DNA of 62,370 nt from Nanobdellati archaeon (lineage in GTDB: Archaea > EX4484-52 > GLR71). The position numbers and the translations under genes are program-made. The DNA lies in NCBI GenBank assembly GCA_019429125.1, contig JAHYJO010000006.1:1-62370 (forward strand). Direction: 5' to 3'. A model generated the notes under the pieces. That model saw only the letters and a program-made list of their open reading frames with translations, searched no databases and was not told the DNA's origin. Positions 40,346 to 49,771 of the stretch are shown here, piece after piece (within the stretch, counting starts at the first letter, position 1; every line of letters begins with the position of its first letter).

Positions 40346-40978
40346 ATGTCTGAAAACAAGATAAATCTGATATTAGACACCCTTGAAAAAGAATATGGTA
40401 GTCCAAAGACTGCACTAATTCATCATAGGGCTCACGAACTCCTGATTGCAACAATCCTTTCTGCGCAGTGCACAGACAAGCGCGTCAACATTGTAACTGG
40501 CAGACTTTTCAAGAAATACCCAGACATAGAATCGTTTGCAAACGCAGATTTATCCGAACTTGAAAAAGACATTAGGTCAACCGGTTTTTATCATAACAAA
40601 GCAAAAAACATAATCAACACATCAAAGATGCTAATAAATGACTTCGTATCAAAAGTCCCAGACACGATGGAAAATTTAATCAAGCTTCCAGGCGTCGCGC
40701 GAAAGACTGCAAACATAGTCCTTTCAGAATTTTACGGCAAGACTGAAGGCATCGCAGTCGACACACATGTAAGTCGGTTGTCCCGCCGTCTCGGTTTAAC
40801 AGAAAGCCAAAACCCAGAAATAATAGAGCGCAACCTAATGTCAATAACAGATAATAAAGACTGGGGCAATCTATCAACTCTACTCATAACTCACGGCAGA
40901 AACATCTGTATAGCGCGAAACCCAAAGTGTGACGAGTGTGCATTATACGACCTATGCAGCTCAAAAGGAAAATGGTGA
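40346..40978 (+). CDS. nth: Endonuclease III
   Basis: LIATILSAQCTDKRVN, LPGVARKTAN, VDTHV, C-x6-C-x2-C-x5-C Fe-S motif. Confidence 0.96.
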   Translation: MSENKINLILDTLEKEYGSPKTALIHHRAHELLIATILSAQCTDKRVNIVTGRLFKKYPDIESFANADLSELEKDIRSTGFYHNKAKNIINTSKMLINDFVSKVPDTMENLIKLPGVARKTANIVLSEFYGKTEGIAVDTHVSRLSRRLGLTESQNPEIIERNLMSITDNKDWGNLSTLLITHGRNICIARNPKCDECALYDLCSSKGKW

Positions 40979-40982
40979 TATT

Positions 40983-41432
40983 ATGCTTGAAGAATACAAA
41001 AAAAAGAGAGATTTCACAAGAACAAAAGAACCAAAACCACAATTGTCATCAAGCGATAAAGGCAATCTAATTTTTGTCATCCAAGAGCACCATGCAAGAA
41101 ATCGGCACTATGACTTGCGTCTTGAAATTGATAGTGTCTTAAAAAGCTGGGCAGTGCCAAAAGAACCACCTGTTAAATTTGGTATTAAACGTCTTGCAAT
41201 TGCAACTGAAGATCACCCGATAAGTTATGCCTATTTTGAGGATACTATACCTGATGGTCAGTATGGCGCAGGCGACGTCAAGATTTGGGACAGGGGTGTG
41301 TTTGCGCCAGAAAAGATAACAGATAAAGAGATTCTGTTTCGATTGGACGGCAAGAAGATGAAAGGTGATTATGTCCTTGTCAAGACCGGGTTTGGTAAAG
41401 GTAATGGTTGGCTGTTATTTAAGAAGAAATGA
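40983..41432 (+). CDS. Stand-alone LigD 3'-phosphoesterase (PE) domain protein
   Basis: EYKKKRDF..T.EP, FVIQEHHA..HYDLRLE, LKSWAVPK, RLAI.TEDHP, YGAG.V.IWD.G. Confidence 0.93.
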   Translation: MLEEYKKKRDFTRTKEPKPQLSSSDKGNLIFVIQEHHARNRHYDLRLEIDSVLKSWAVPKEPPVKFGIKRLAIATEDHPISYAYFEDTIPDGQYGAGDVKIWDRGVFAPEKITDKEILFRLDGKKMKGDYVLVKTGFGKGNGWLLFKKK

Positions 41433-41477
41433 TTTGTAACGAAAGTATATTTAAACATTTCACATCAATATTAGTCT

Positions 41478-42386
41478 ATGGTTAAAATAGTAGTCACTTC
41501 AGATTTCGGGTTCACAAAAGATCAAGCGCGATATCTAAACACAATGGGTAAAGTAAAATTCTACACTGATGCGCCAAGAACTAAAGAAGCATGGCTAAAA
41601 AGAGTTGAAGGTGCAGATATAATCTGCAGTGAATCATTTGGTCTCATTGACAATCTGTACAACCTAAAAAATGTTTTTGTAACTTATCCCTTCGTATCTT
41701 TAGGAAAAATAGATCTGGAAAAGTTAAAGAAAAATAATGTAGTATTAGCTAATAGTCCCAGCTGCAATAACGATGCAGTTGCCGAGTGGGTAATTTATAT
41801 GTTGTTAAATCTATTTAGGCAATTTCCAAAATTCATTAATAACACAGATTTGCCTAAAGGTCAAATGCTACCAGTCACACAGAGCTTAAAATTTAAGAAT
41901 GTAACCATTTTAGGTCGAGGCAACATAGGTCTGCATCTCGGGCATCTATGCTCAGCTTTCGGTATGAATCTCAAATTTTTCGTAAGGGGTGACGACCTGT
42001 TCCAAACAACTAAAAAAGCAGATGTAATAATAAACTGTTTGAGCTTAAACGATGACAGCATTAATCTATTGAACCGAGATTTCTTCTTTTCATTAAAAAA
42101 ATGTCCATATTTTGTAACTTTCACAAAAAAAGAGATTTACGATTTTGATGCCGTGGTTGAAGCATTAGACACAGGCGTTTTAAGTGGTGTGGCTGTTGAT
42201 TGCGGTGGTGAAGAAATAGGCGATGTAACCAATGAATTTTACAAAAGAGCGCTAGCCCACGATAAAATTATAGTTACTCCGCACATTGCCTGGTGCGCAG
42301 ATATTTCAATGCATAATGGAAACAAGATTGTAATTGACAATGTTAAAGCTTGGATAAATAAAGCGCCCATTAATGTTTTAAAATAA
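41478..42386 (+). CDS. D-2-hydroxyacid dehydrogenase family protein
   Basis: AVAEW, ILGRGNIG, IIVTPHIAW. Confidence 0.88.
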   Translation: MVKIVVTSDFGFTKDQARYLNTMGKVKFYTDAPRTKEAWLKRVEGADIICSESFGLIDNLYNLKNVFVTYPFVSLGKIDLEKLKKNNVVLANSPSCNNDAVAEWVIYMLLNLFRQFPKFINNTDLPKGQMLPVTQSLKFKNVTILGRGNIGLHLGHLCSAFGMNLKFFVRGDDLFQTTKKADVIINCLSLNDDSINLLNRDFFFSLKKCPYFVTFTKKEIYDFDAVVEALDTGVLSGVAVDCGGEEIGDVTNEFYKRALAHDKIIVTPHIAWCADISMHNGNKIVIDNVKAWINKAPINVLK

Positions 42387-42430
42387 AAATCATAACAAAA
42401 AATATAAAGCATCATAAATATCTTAGAAAT

Positions 42431-42949
42431 ATGGATTTAAAAAACAAAGAACAAGACTCAAAAACATTTAAGGATGTAGACTTCTCAAACAAGTCTTTAA
42501 AAAATATGAGTTTTAAAGATTGTACTTTTGAAAATTGTAATTTCTCAAATGTAGACCTAGATAACACTAGATTCCAAAACATAAATTTTAAGGGCTGTAA
42601 AATCTTAGGACTCAACTTCTCAAGATGTAATAAACTCATAATAAGTTTTACCTTTAAAGATTGTTTAATCTCTCTTTCAGTCTTTTCAAATCTGGACATA
42701 AAAAACACGATTTTTGATAATTGTAAAATATGTGATTGTGATTTTTTTGAAACAAACCTAACACGTTCTAATTTCGAAAATTCCGACCTAAAAAAGACTA
42801 ATTTTAAAAATACAAATCTAAGTTTTGCCTCATTTAAAAATGCAATAAATTATAGTATCAATCCCAATCAAAATATCCTACGAAAGACAAAATTTTCGGT
42901 TCCAGAAGTTATAGGATTATTGGACACTTTTGATATTGAATTAGAATAA
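42431..42949 (+). CDS. Pentapeptide repeat protein
   Basis: FxDCxFxNCNFS-type repeats, INPNQN..KTKFS..GLL tail. Confidence 0.92.
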   Translation: MDLKNKEQDSKTFKDVDFSNKSLKNMSFKDCTFENCNFSNVDLDNTRFQNINFKGCKILGLNFSRCNKLIISFTFKDCLISLSVFSNLDIKNTIFDNCKICDCDFFETNLTRSNFENSDLKKTNFKNTNLSFASFKNAINYSINPNQNILRKTKFSVPEVIGLLDTFDIELE

Positions 42950-43038
42950 ATATGTACTTTAAACTGCAAAATTCAAGCAGATTTAGCCAATAATAACATT
43001 TATATCTTTTTAAAACAATTATATTATAGGGGATTTCT

Positions 43039-44211
43039 ATGAGGAAAATAATTGTTATTCTAATAATATTACTTATTTTTATACCGATAGTATCTGCTTT
43101 AGAGATAAGAGAAGGCGATAATATCCTAATTGAAGATAGGCTTTCTGAAAGTCTGTATGCTACTGGCGGTTCAATATCAGTTGATGCGCAAATAGACGGT
43201 GACCTTACCGCTTTTGGTAGGATTATCATTATTAACTCACCTATAGAAGATGACCTTATGGCCTGTGGTGGTCAAATCTTAATAAATGCTCCAATTGGAA
43301 AAACTGCTCAGATTTGTGGTAGTTCAATAAATATAAATTCAGATACTGGTGGAGATTTAACAGTCATTGGAGGCGATATCATAATCAATGGAGATGTTGA
43401 TGGTGATCTTAGGGTTATGGGCGGTAACATAATCATCAATGGCGAAATAGATGGTGACATATTGGTAACGGGTGGCAACATAGTAATTAATGGCCCTGTC
43501 ACAGGTGACTTGGCAATAACTGCAGGCGAATTAACAATTAAAGGTACAATAGATGGCGATGTCAATGCAAAAGCAGAAAAGATTAAGTTCGGAAAATCGA
43601 CAGTAATTAAAGGGGATTTCATCTACGCAAGTAATGATGTTTTGTTTAATGAACAACAAGTTACAGGTTCAATAATAAAAAAAGAAGTAGCGATAAAAAC
43701 GTATAGTCCTATCAACAACTCTGGTTGGAAAATAGTCAGTGGTATAACTTTATTGCTTATTGGGATATTGCTTGTCCTAGTCATTCCTAAATTATCCGAC
43801 AGGTTGGCTGATAACATAAAAACTGATTTTTTAAAATCAATGGTATATGGTATTTTAACTCTTGTAGTTGTCCCAGTAATCGCTTTAATGTTAGCTATAA
43901 CTGTGATTGGTATACCAATTTCAATAATGCTAATATTCTTGTATATCCTAGCGATTTACCTTTCAAAAGTGTTTGTAGGGTTATATCTAGGAAGATTAAT
44001 CATGAAAAAGTCGCATATAGTCTGGTCAACAATTGTGGGTCTATTTATTTACTTAATCTTGGTAAACATACCTATCCTTGGAGGATTTGTTACATTTTTA
44101 GCAGTCTTGTTGGGTCTTGGAACAATTACAATATGGGTCACAACCAAAAAACAAATTGAGATGAAACCCAAAACATCAATTGCGACTAAGACTCAAATAA
44201 CTAAAAAATAA
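43039..44211 (+). CDS. Beta-helical (polymer-forming/bactofilin-like) repeat membrane protein
   Basis: Signal peptide, GD[LI]..GG.I.ING repeats, then about 5 TM helices with ITVIGIP. Confidence 0.85.
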   Translation: MRKIIVILIILLIFIPIVSALEIREGDNILIEDRLSESLYATGGSISVDAQIDGDLTAFGRIIIINSPIEDDLMACGGQILINAPIGKTAQICGSSININSDTGGDLTVIGGDIIINGDVDGDLRVMGGNIIINGEIDGDILVTGGNIVINGPVTGDLAITAGELTIKGTIDGDVNAKAEKIKFGKSTVIKGDFIYASNDVLFNEQQVTGSIIKKEVAIKTYSPINNSGWKIVSGITLLLIGILLVLVIPKLSDRLADNIKTDFLKSMVYGILTLVVVPVIALMLAITVIGIPISIMLIFLYILAIYLSKVFVGLYLGRLIMKKSHIVWSTIVGLFIYLILVNIPILGGFVTFLAVLLGLGTITIWVTTKKQIEMKPKTSIATKTQITKK

Positions 44212-44453
44212 ATATCTACATTAAATCACAAAAATTGGCCTGAAAAAGTAATACTGTCATTTTTTGTTATTTTCATTTGGGCTATTAATAAAGATTATTA
44301 TTTTACCTTTTTAAATGATATGCATTCAATTTTAACCGAATATTTCAAAAATATAGATAATCTTGAAGATTTCATAGAATTCAATACTACTTCCAGGAAA
44401 AAAACAATAAACACAAGACAAAGGCTATAAATGCTTTACCTCAACAACTTGTT

Positions 44454-45320
44454 ATGGATATATCTTAAGGCATAATCTTTGGTCTTATAGCAATGGTAGG
44501 ATTCAGTTTGGGCAATTCTTTAATCATAATACCTGCAAAACGATTAGGTTTCATAAATACTATCTTTTTCAGAGGTATTTTCATGTGCCTGATATTTTCG
44601 ATGTTGACACCTTTTTTCTTATCAGTTACGACATTCTCATATAAATATATCTGTATTGCATTTGTCATATAGTTTCTTGCCTTTATACTCCTGTTAACAT
44701 TCATGAAAGCGTTAAGTCTTGGAAAATTAGGTATCATGTCACCCATCGCAAATTCATCAATAATATTTACTGTCTTGTTTTCAGTCCTTCTATTCAATGA
44801 ATCATTGACCTCAATTAAGTTAGGTTCAATCTTGTTGATAGTGCTTGGAGTTATATTTATTTCAGTTAATTTCAAAGACCTGAAAAATTACAATATATTT
44901 AGTCTGGCAAATGGCATACCTTATGCTCTAATCTCCTGTGTGTTGTGGGGTCTTATGTTTACATTATATAAGATACCTGTCATTGTAATAGGACCTATTC
45001 TGACAGCATTAATCATAGAGATTGGAATATTTATCATCTCATCGTTTATTGTGTTGAAGAACTCTTAAAATATTAAAATACCTAACAAGAGTACATTGAC
45101 CTATCTGATATTGCTTTCAATATTCACAGCAGTATGTGGTGCTTTCTTAAATTTTTGAATCTTAGTGTCCGATGTAAGCATTGTAGTGGCGCTTGCTCTG
45201 TGCAACCCTTTAGTATCAGTTCTATACGGCAGGTATGTCTATAATGAAAAAATAAGCATCTAGCAGTACATTGCGATATCCTTTATATTAGTGGGTATTA
45301 TTGCCTTATCTTTTTTCTGA
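44454..45320 (+). pseudogene. EamA/DMT transporter pseudogene
   Basis: GIIFGLIAMVG.., KALSLGKLGIMSPI, LFNESL..LG; frameshift and stops near 44670, 45068, 45158 and 45262. Confidence 0.8.
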
Positions 45321-45407
45321 TAACATTTCTTATTAAAAACCAATATAACTAACATATCCTATATATTTGTATATATACAACACAATATACATATTGAACT
45401 GTTTATT

Positions 45408-45662
45408 ATGGATGACAAATCACGTCATGAACATGTAGTACCACGAGAAGATGGCTGGGCTGTGGTCACGGCCGGTGGCAGTTACATAGACAAAGCCTTT
45501 AAGAGAAAAGGAGCTGCAATGGCCTATGCATATGACATTGCAACAAAAAATGATGTCTGCATGCTCGTGCATGACAGTGAAGAGAAGTTCAAGAGTTTAG
45601 AATGCCCGGATGATGGTACTCCTAAAATATTGACCCTAGTCAGGATGAAGACAAAGATCTGA
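45408..45662 (+). CDS. DUF2188 family protein
   Basis: HVVPREDGWAV..F.RK..A...A..IA..VH. Confidence 0.8.
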   Translation: MDDKSRHEHVVPREDGWAVVTAGGSYIDKAFKRKGAAMAYAYDIATKNDVCMLVHDSEEKFKSLECPDDGTPKILTLVRMKTKI

Positions 45663-45693
45663 TCAAGTCAGATTTATTTTTTTATTTTCAGCT

Positions 45694-46215
45694 TCAGAAT
45701 CGCCCATCGCTCAAACTAAGATGATCTTTTTCTATCTCAATCAAGGCCTTAAATAGCATCTTAACTTTAGTTTCAACAGCCTCCGACAAGAACTGCACAT
45801 ATCTTTTGATTGCTGCCTCTTCTCTTTCATGTGATTCTTTAAGGTTGTCGAGAGACCCCAATTGACATGTATCTTTATCTCTTGATATAGATGGACTCTC
45901 AACGTTAAGCATCTTAGCAATAGTGCTCGCATGTTCTGCCTCAATCTTTGCAAGTCTCTTAAACATTGTAGCATCAGCCACGTTATCAGCCTTTTTAGCA
46001 GCGCAAAAATAAAATTCCGCATTTGAAACCTCAACATCAAGCGCTCCGACAAGATTATTTTTGGAGACCGCACTAAGCTCGCCGACATCTTTAACTGCAT
46101 ACTTATCGGTCTGAACAAGATAATTCCTGTGCGCGCCACAAAACGGGCAGTGTGTGGGTGCATCATCACCGATGTAACCTTCCTCACATATCATGCATTT
46201 GTATACTTTTACCAT
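45694..46215 (-). CDS. Rubredoxin-like + ferritin-like (reverse rubrerythrin-type) protein
   Basis: YKCMICEE..PTHCPFCGA; E..NAEFY, IEAEHA, E..AIKRY, IEKDH. Confidence 0.9.
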   Translation of the reverse strand: MVKVYKCMICEEGYIGDDAPTHCPFCGAHRNYLVQTDKYAVKDVGELSAVSKNNLVGALDVEVSNAEFYFCAAKKADNVADATMFKRLAKIEAEHASTIAKMLNVESPSISRDKDTCQLGSLDNLKESHEREEAAIKRYVQFLSEAVETKVKMLFKALIEIEKDHLSLSDGRF

Positions 46216-46325
46216 AATAAATAACACCTAAACTGATTTGTCTTTTAAGATATAAATAACTGTTATTTTTTCAATAGATTTTTATAATTTAAAAATTATT
46301 ACTTATTTTATAATGGTGATAAAAA

Positions 46326-46907
46326 ATGAGTGGTGAATTAGAGACGGAAACTATTGGTAGAACAAATACTGGTGTTGATGATGTACTAAGTATTGCGAAT
46401 ATTATTAAACACTTAGATGTTGATAATGAATTTACAAGATAACAACGTAATAACGATTTAATCTCTCGTTCAAAAGACTTATCAGATCTTATAATAGATG
46501 AGTTCTTTACTGTTTTGGAAGTTCTTTCAGAAACCAAACAGACCTTAATAACTGATTCAAGAATATATGGCGGGAAGTCTACAAGTTCTCCATGTGGTTA
46601 TACATCAAGACTTATTCTTGAAGTTAAACCTGTGAATACATTTCTTCCTGTCAAAACTCTTTATTTTGATGGTATATCTATTGTAGAGGCAGGTAATTAT
46701 ATCTCTGCAAAAATTCCAAGATGTGATATTGAAACTATATTTTCTGGATCTTTATTAACTCCTTATAGGCGTCATAAAGAATTATATTTCGATAGAGAGT
46801 TTAAAGATAAAGAATCTGCAATTGAATTAAGTATTTTTGGTAGAGATAGTAAAAGTCTATTAAGAAAAGACAGAGCTATTGACTATGGAATGTTTATTAA
46901 AGAATAA
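46326..46907 (+). pseudogene. Hypothetical protein with one premature stop (46440-46442)
   Basis: ATG at 46326 is in frame with ORF 46515-46907, interrupted by a single TAA. Confidence 0.55.
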
Positions 46908-46965
46908 ATCTTACCTTAATTAAGTTATAATCAAAACAGATATAATTTCTTTATTTTCTATCCTT

Positions 46966-48174
46966 TCACATCCGTGTCGCAATCCCAATAACAAAAGACA
47001 TAGCAATTGCCGCAGCTATAAACACAAAATTAAGCCCATACATGTCAGCTATAAGTCCTGCAACTAAAGGCCCGGTAAATGCGGCCATGTCTGAAATTGC
47101 GCCATATATTCCCGTAATCTCACCATTATTTTTCTTTGCCATAACTGATATATAACCTGAAACGACAGGTCCAACCATTGCAAGCCCCAAACTTCCCAAA
47201 AATGTAAAGATCAATATGTATACAATATTATTCGCAAAAAAGAGTGCTGAAAAAAATGTACAAGAAAGTATTGCGCCGAAAGCAAGTACCTTTTTAGGAC
47301 CTAAAGTATCTGAGATTACACCAAACACGAACTGGAATACGAAAGGCATATACATAAGCGAATACACAAGACCAATCTGCCACAGGCTCCCACCAATTGA
47401 ATTAATGTATAGCGCAACCGTCATAATAAGAATTGCAGACGACATTTTAGACAAAAAGGATATCATGGTAACCTTGATGCCCAGACTTTTCTCATCCGTA
47501 TAATCTTTAAACTCTTTAGCGATGAACTTGTCTTTAAACATTACATCTTTAATACCTTGCAACATACTCCTTTTAGGTTTAACACTTTCAGGTATCTTCT
47601 GCACGATTATAGCCGCCACAACTGCTGCAAATCCGACAATATAAAACAAAAATTTCATATCAAAAAAAGTAATGACAAGTGCACCAAAAACAGGACCTAT
47701 TGTATATGCCAGCGCGCTTGCCGTACAAAAATAACCCATGTATTCAGCTTTCTTGTGAGCGGGTGATATGTCGCGCACATAGGTGCATCCAGGTATCCAG
47801 ATTCCCACCTCAGCCACACCGTGATAAATTCTTGCTGCAAGGAGTGTAGCGATGCTGTGTGTAACTGTATATATCGGCCCGATGACCAGATAATTGATGA
47901 ATGCGAAAATAAGTATCTTCTTGCGCCCGACCTTGTCAATAAGGTCGCCGATTACAATTGATATGACTGCTGCAACAATTGACATGAGTGATATGATGAA
48001 ACCAACCTGCGAATAGTTTGGCACTATACGTGCAAGATAAATTGAAAAGTAAGGCAGTATCATCCCCCAAGAGAACGAATAAATGAGGAACGCTAAAGAC
48101 AAAAGTTTAAGTGATTTTGGCACACTTTTAAGATTTTTTTCAATCTTGTGCACTTCTTTAAATGTATCATGCAT
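46966..48174 (-). CDS. MFS transporter
   Basis: 12 TM pattern, GDLIDKVGRKK motif A, GVISDTLGPKK, GPLVAGLIAD. Confidence 0.93.
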   Translation of the reverse strand: MHDTFKEVHKIEKNLKSVPKSLKLLSLAFLIYSFSWGMILPYFSIYLARIVPNYSQVGFIISLMSIVAAVISIVIGDLIDKVGRKKILIFAFINYLVIGPIYTVTHSIATLLAARIYHGVAEVGIWIPGCTYVRDISPAHKKAEYMGYFCTASALAYTIGPVFGALVITFFDMKFLFYIVGFAAVVAAIIVQKIPESVKPKRSMLQGIKDVMFKDKFIAKEFKDYTDEKSLGIKVTMISFLSKMSSAILIMTVALYINSIGGSLWQIGLVYSLMYMPFVFQFVFGVISDTLGPKKVLAFGAILSCTFFSALFFANNIVYILIFTFLGSLGLAMVGPVVSGYISVMAKKNNGEITGIYGAISDMAAFTGPLVAGLIADMYGLNFVFIAAAIAMSFVIGIATRM

Positions 48175-48239
48175 AAACTAAAACTTGTCCGGACGTGTTT
48201 ATATATTTTAATCACCAAAAACAACAATAAGTGATACTT

Positions 48240-48662
48240 ATGGATTGTATATTTTGCAAAATAATTTCTGGCGATATCCCTGCAAAGATAGTCTATGAAG
48301 ATGCCACATCAATTGCATTTCTTGACATAACCCCTTGCGCAAAAGGCCACACAGTAGTCATCCCCAAAAAACATTACGACACTTTCCAAGACATAGACGA
48401 AAATGCCGTAAGAGACCTATTCACATCAGTTAAAATGGTAGCAAAAGCAGTAGAAAAAGGAACAGGTGCAGACGGTTCAAACATCGGTCTTAATAACAAA
48501 AAAGCTGCAGGGCAAGAAGTCCCGCATATCCACATCCATATAATCCCAAGATATGAAGGTGACGGTGGTGGCGCAATTCAATCTATAATAAATACCCATC
48601 CAAATACCGACAACCTCGATGACCTGAAAGAAAAGATAAAATACTGTTTTAAAAAGATTTAA
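48240..48662 (+). CDS. HIT family hydrolase
   Basis: MDCIFCKI, AFLDI.P, GHTVVIPK.H, AGQEVPHIHIHIIPR. Confidence 0.95.
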   Translation: MDCIFCKIISGDIPAKIVYEDATSIAFLDITPCAKGHTVVIPKKHYDTFQDIDENAVRDLFTSVKMVAKAVEKGTGADGSNIGLNNKKAAGQEVPHIHIHIIPRYEGDGGGAIQSIINTHPNTDNLDDLKEKIKYCFKKI

Positions 48663-49500
48663 ACTATCATATAATCTTTCTCTTATTATACCAAAAACCA
48701 TCCACATCGCAAAGCATCATTTTTGAATGTTCAACAGAACCTAAATTATTGATTATATTCTTTATAACTCTCATCAAAATGCGTTATGTTACATAGGTAT
48801 AAAATGACACTGTAACAATCTTGATTCTCTTCTCTTTGGCTTTCCTCATCCACAAGTCTTTTCAGTGTATCTTCAGTATCTTTGTCTCTTGCCTCATAAT
48901 ATTGTATCAACTGTTCATTGTCCTAAATGATAAAATATGGTAAGTTCACAAGATATACTATATATGCGTTCGGATTCTTTAAAGCATTATATTCTGTATA
49001 AACTGTTTTTTTTGATTCTTTTTAGATTTCTGAAAACACTCTTAAAAGAAGTGCATCCTTTCTTTTTACATATATATCTTTTGCCTCAAAATGTCGAGAA
49101 TTATCAAAATACTCATCATCAAGTCCAAAAATCTGAACGCCTTCATTTTTTTGAGTTTTGTAATCTTATATTGTACTATGTTTCATCTTGTATGAATCCC
49201 TTAAGTTTATAAATATTTGAATCTGGATATTTATCTGCCAACATCTTCATCTTTGTATTATAATATTTTTTGCTATATCTATATTTATCAATATTTTTCA
49301 TCAACATATCCATGTGATATTGTGTCTCTTCAACTGCAATTATATTAGGGTTTAATTCTGATATAGCTAAGTCTAATCCTTTATATGTGTTCATATCACC
49401 CATCTTTTACCAACAGGTACAATATCAAACGGAAAGTCTAATCCTTTATATGTGTTCATATCACCGGGAACCATACCTATAATTTTAAGTTCAACTATGA
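48660..49500 (-). pseudogene. Degraded hypothetical gene disrupted near its 5' end by a 65-bp duplication/insertion
   Basis: ELKIIGMVPGDMNTYKGLD..LAISELNPNIIAVEE; downstream frames broken. Confidence 0.45.
49369..49465. repeat. Two perfect 32-bp direct repeats separated by 33 bp
   Basis: AAGTCTAATCCTTTATATGTGTTCATATCACC at 49369-49400 and 49434-49465. Confidence 0.9.
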
Positions 49501-49771
49501 TAATATTATGATAATATTATGTAACTATATTTATTTAAACCTATTTAAATCACCTAAAAACACAATTTAACAGTAATTATTATATATTAAGTTACTTAAA
49601 GTCTATTGACTTTTATGAGATAAACATAGTGTTTAAAATCCGTCATAAATATTTTAAATGTTTTGTTTCAAGTTAAACCCTGCGAATGATATAAAAAACT
49701 TATCACCAAAATTAGCATGTAACATATTTGAAAAAGGTTTTGCAGACTAAATAAATTAAGGTGCAATTTAT

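Noticed and set aside
37340-46907. Integrated element at tRNA-Ala (or at tRNA-Pro for the adhesin block)
   Set aside because: No duplicated tRNA 3' end (att site) and no integrase seen in the window
49369-49465. Functional CRISPR mini-array
   Set aside because: Only two repeats, the repeat is in-frame coding sequence and non-palindromic, and no cas genes are present; kept only as an insertion scar
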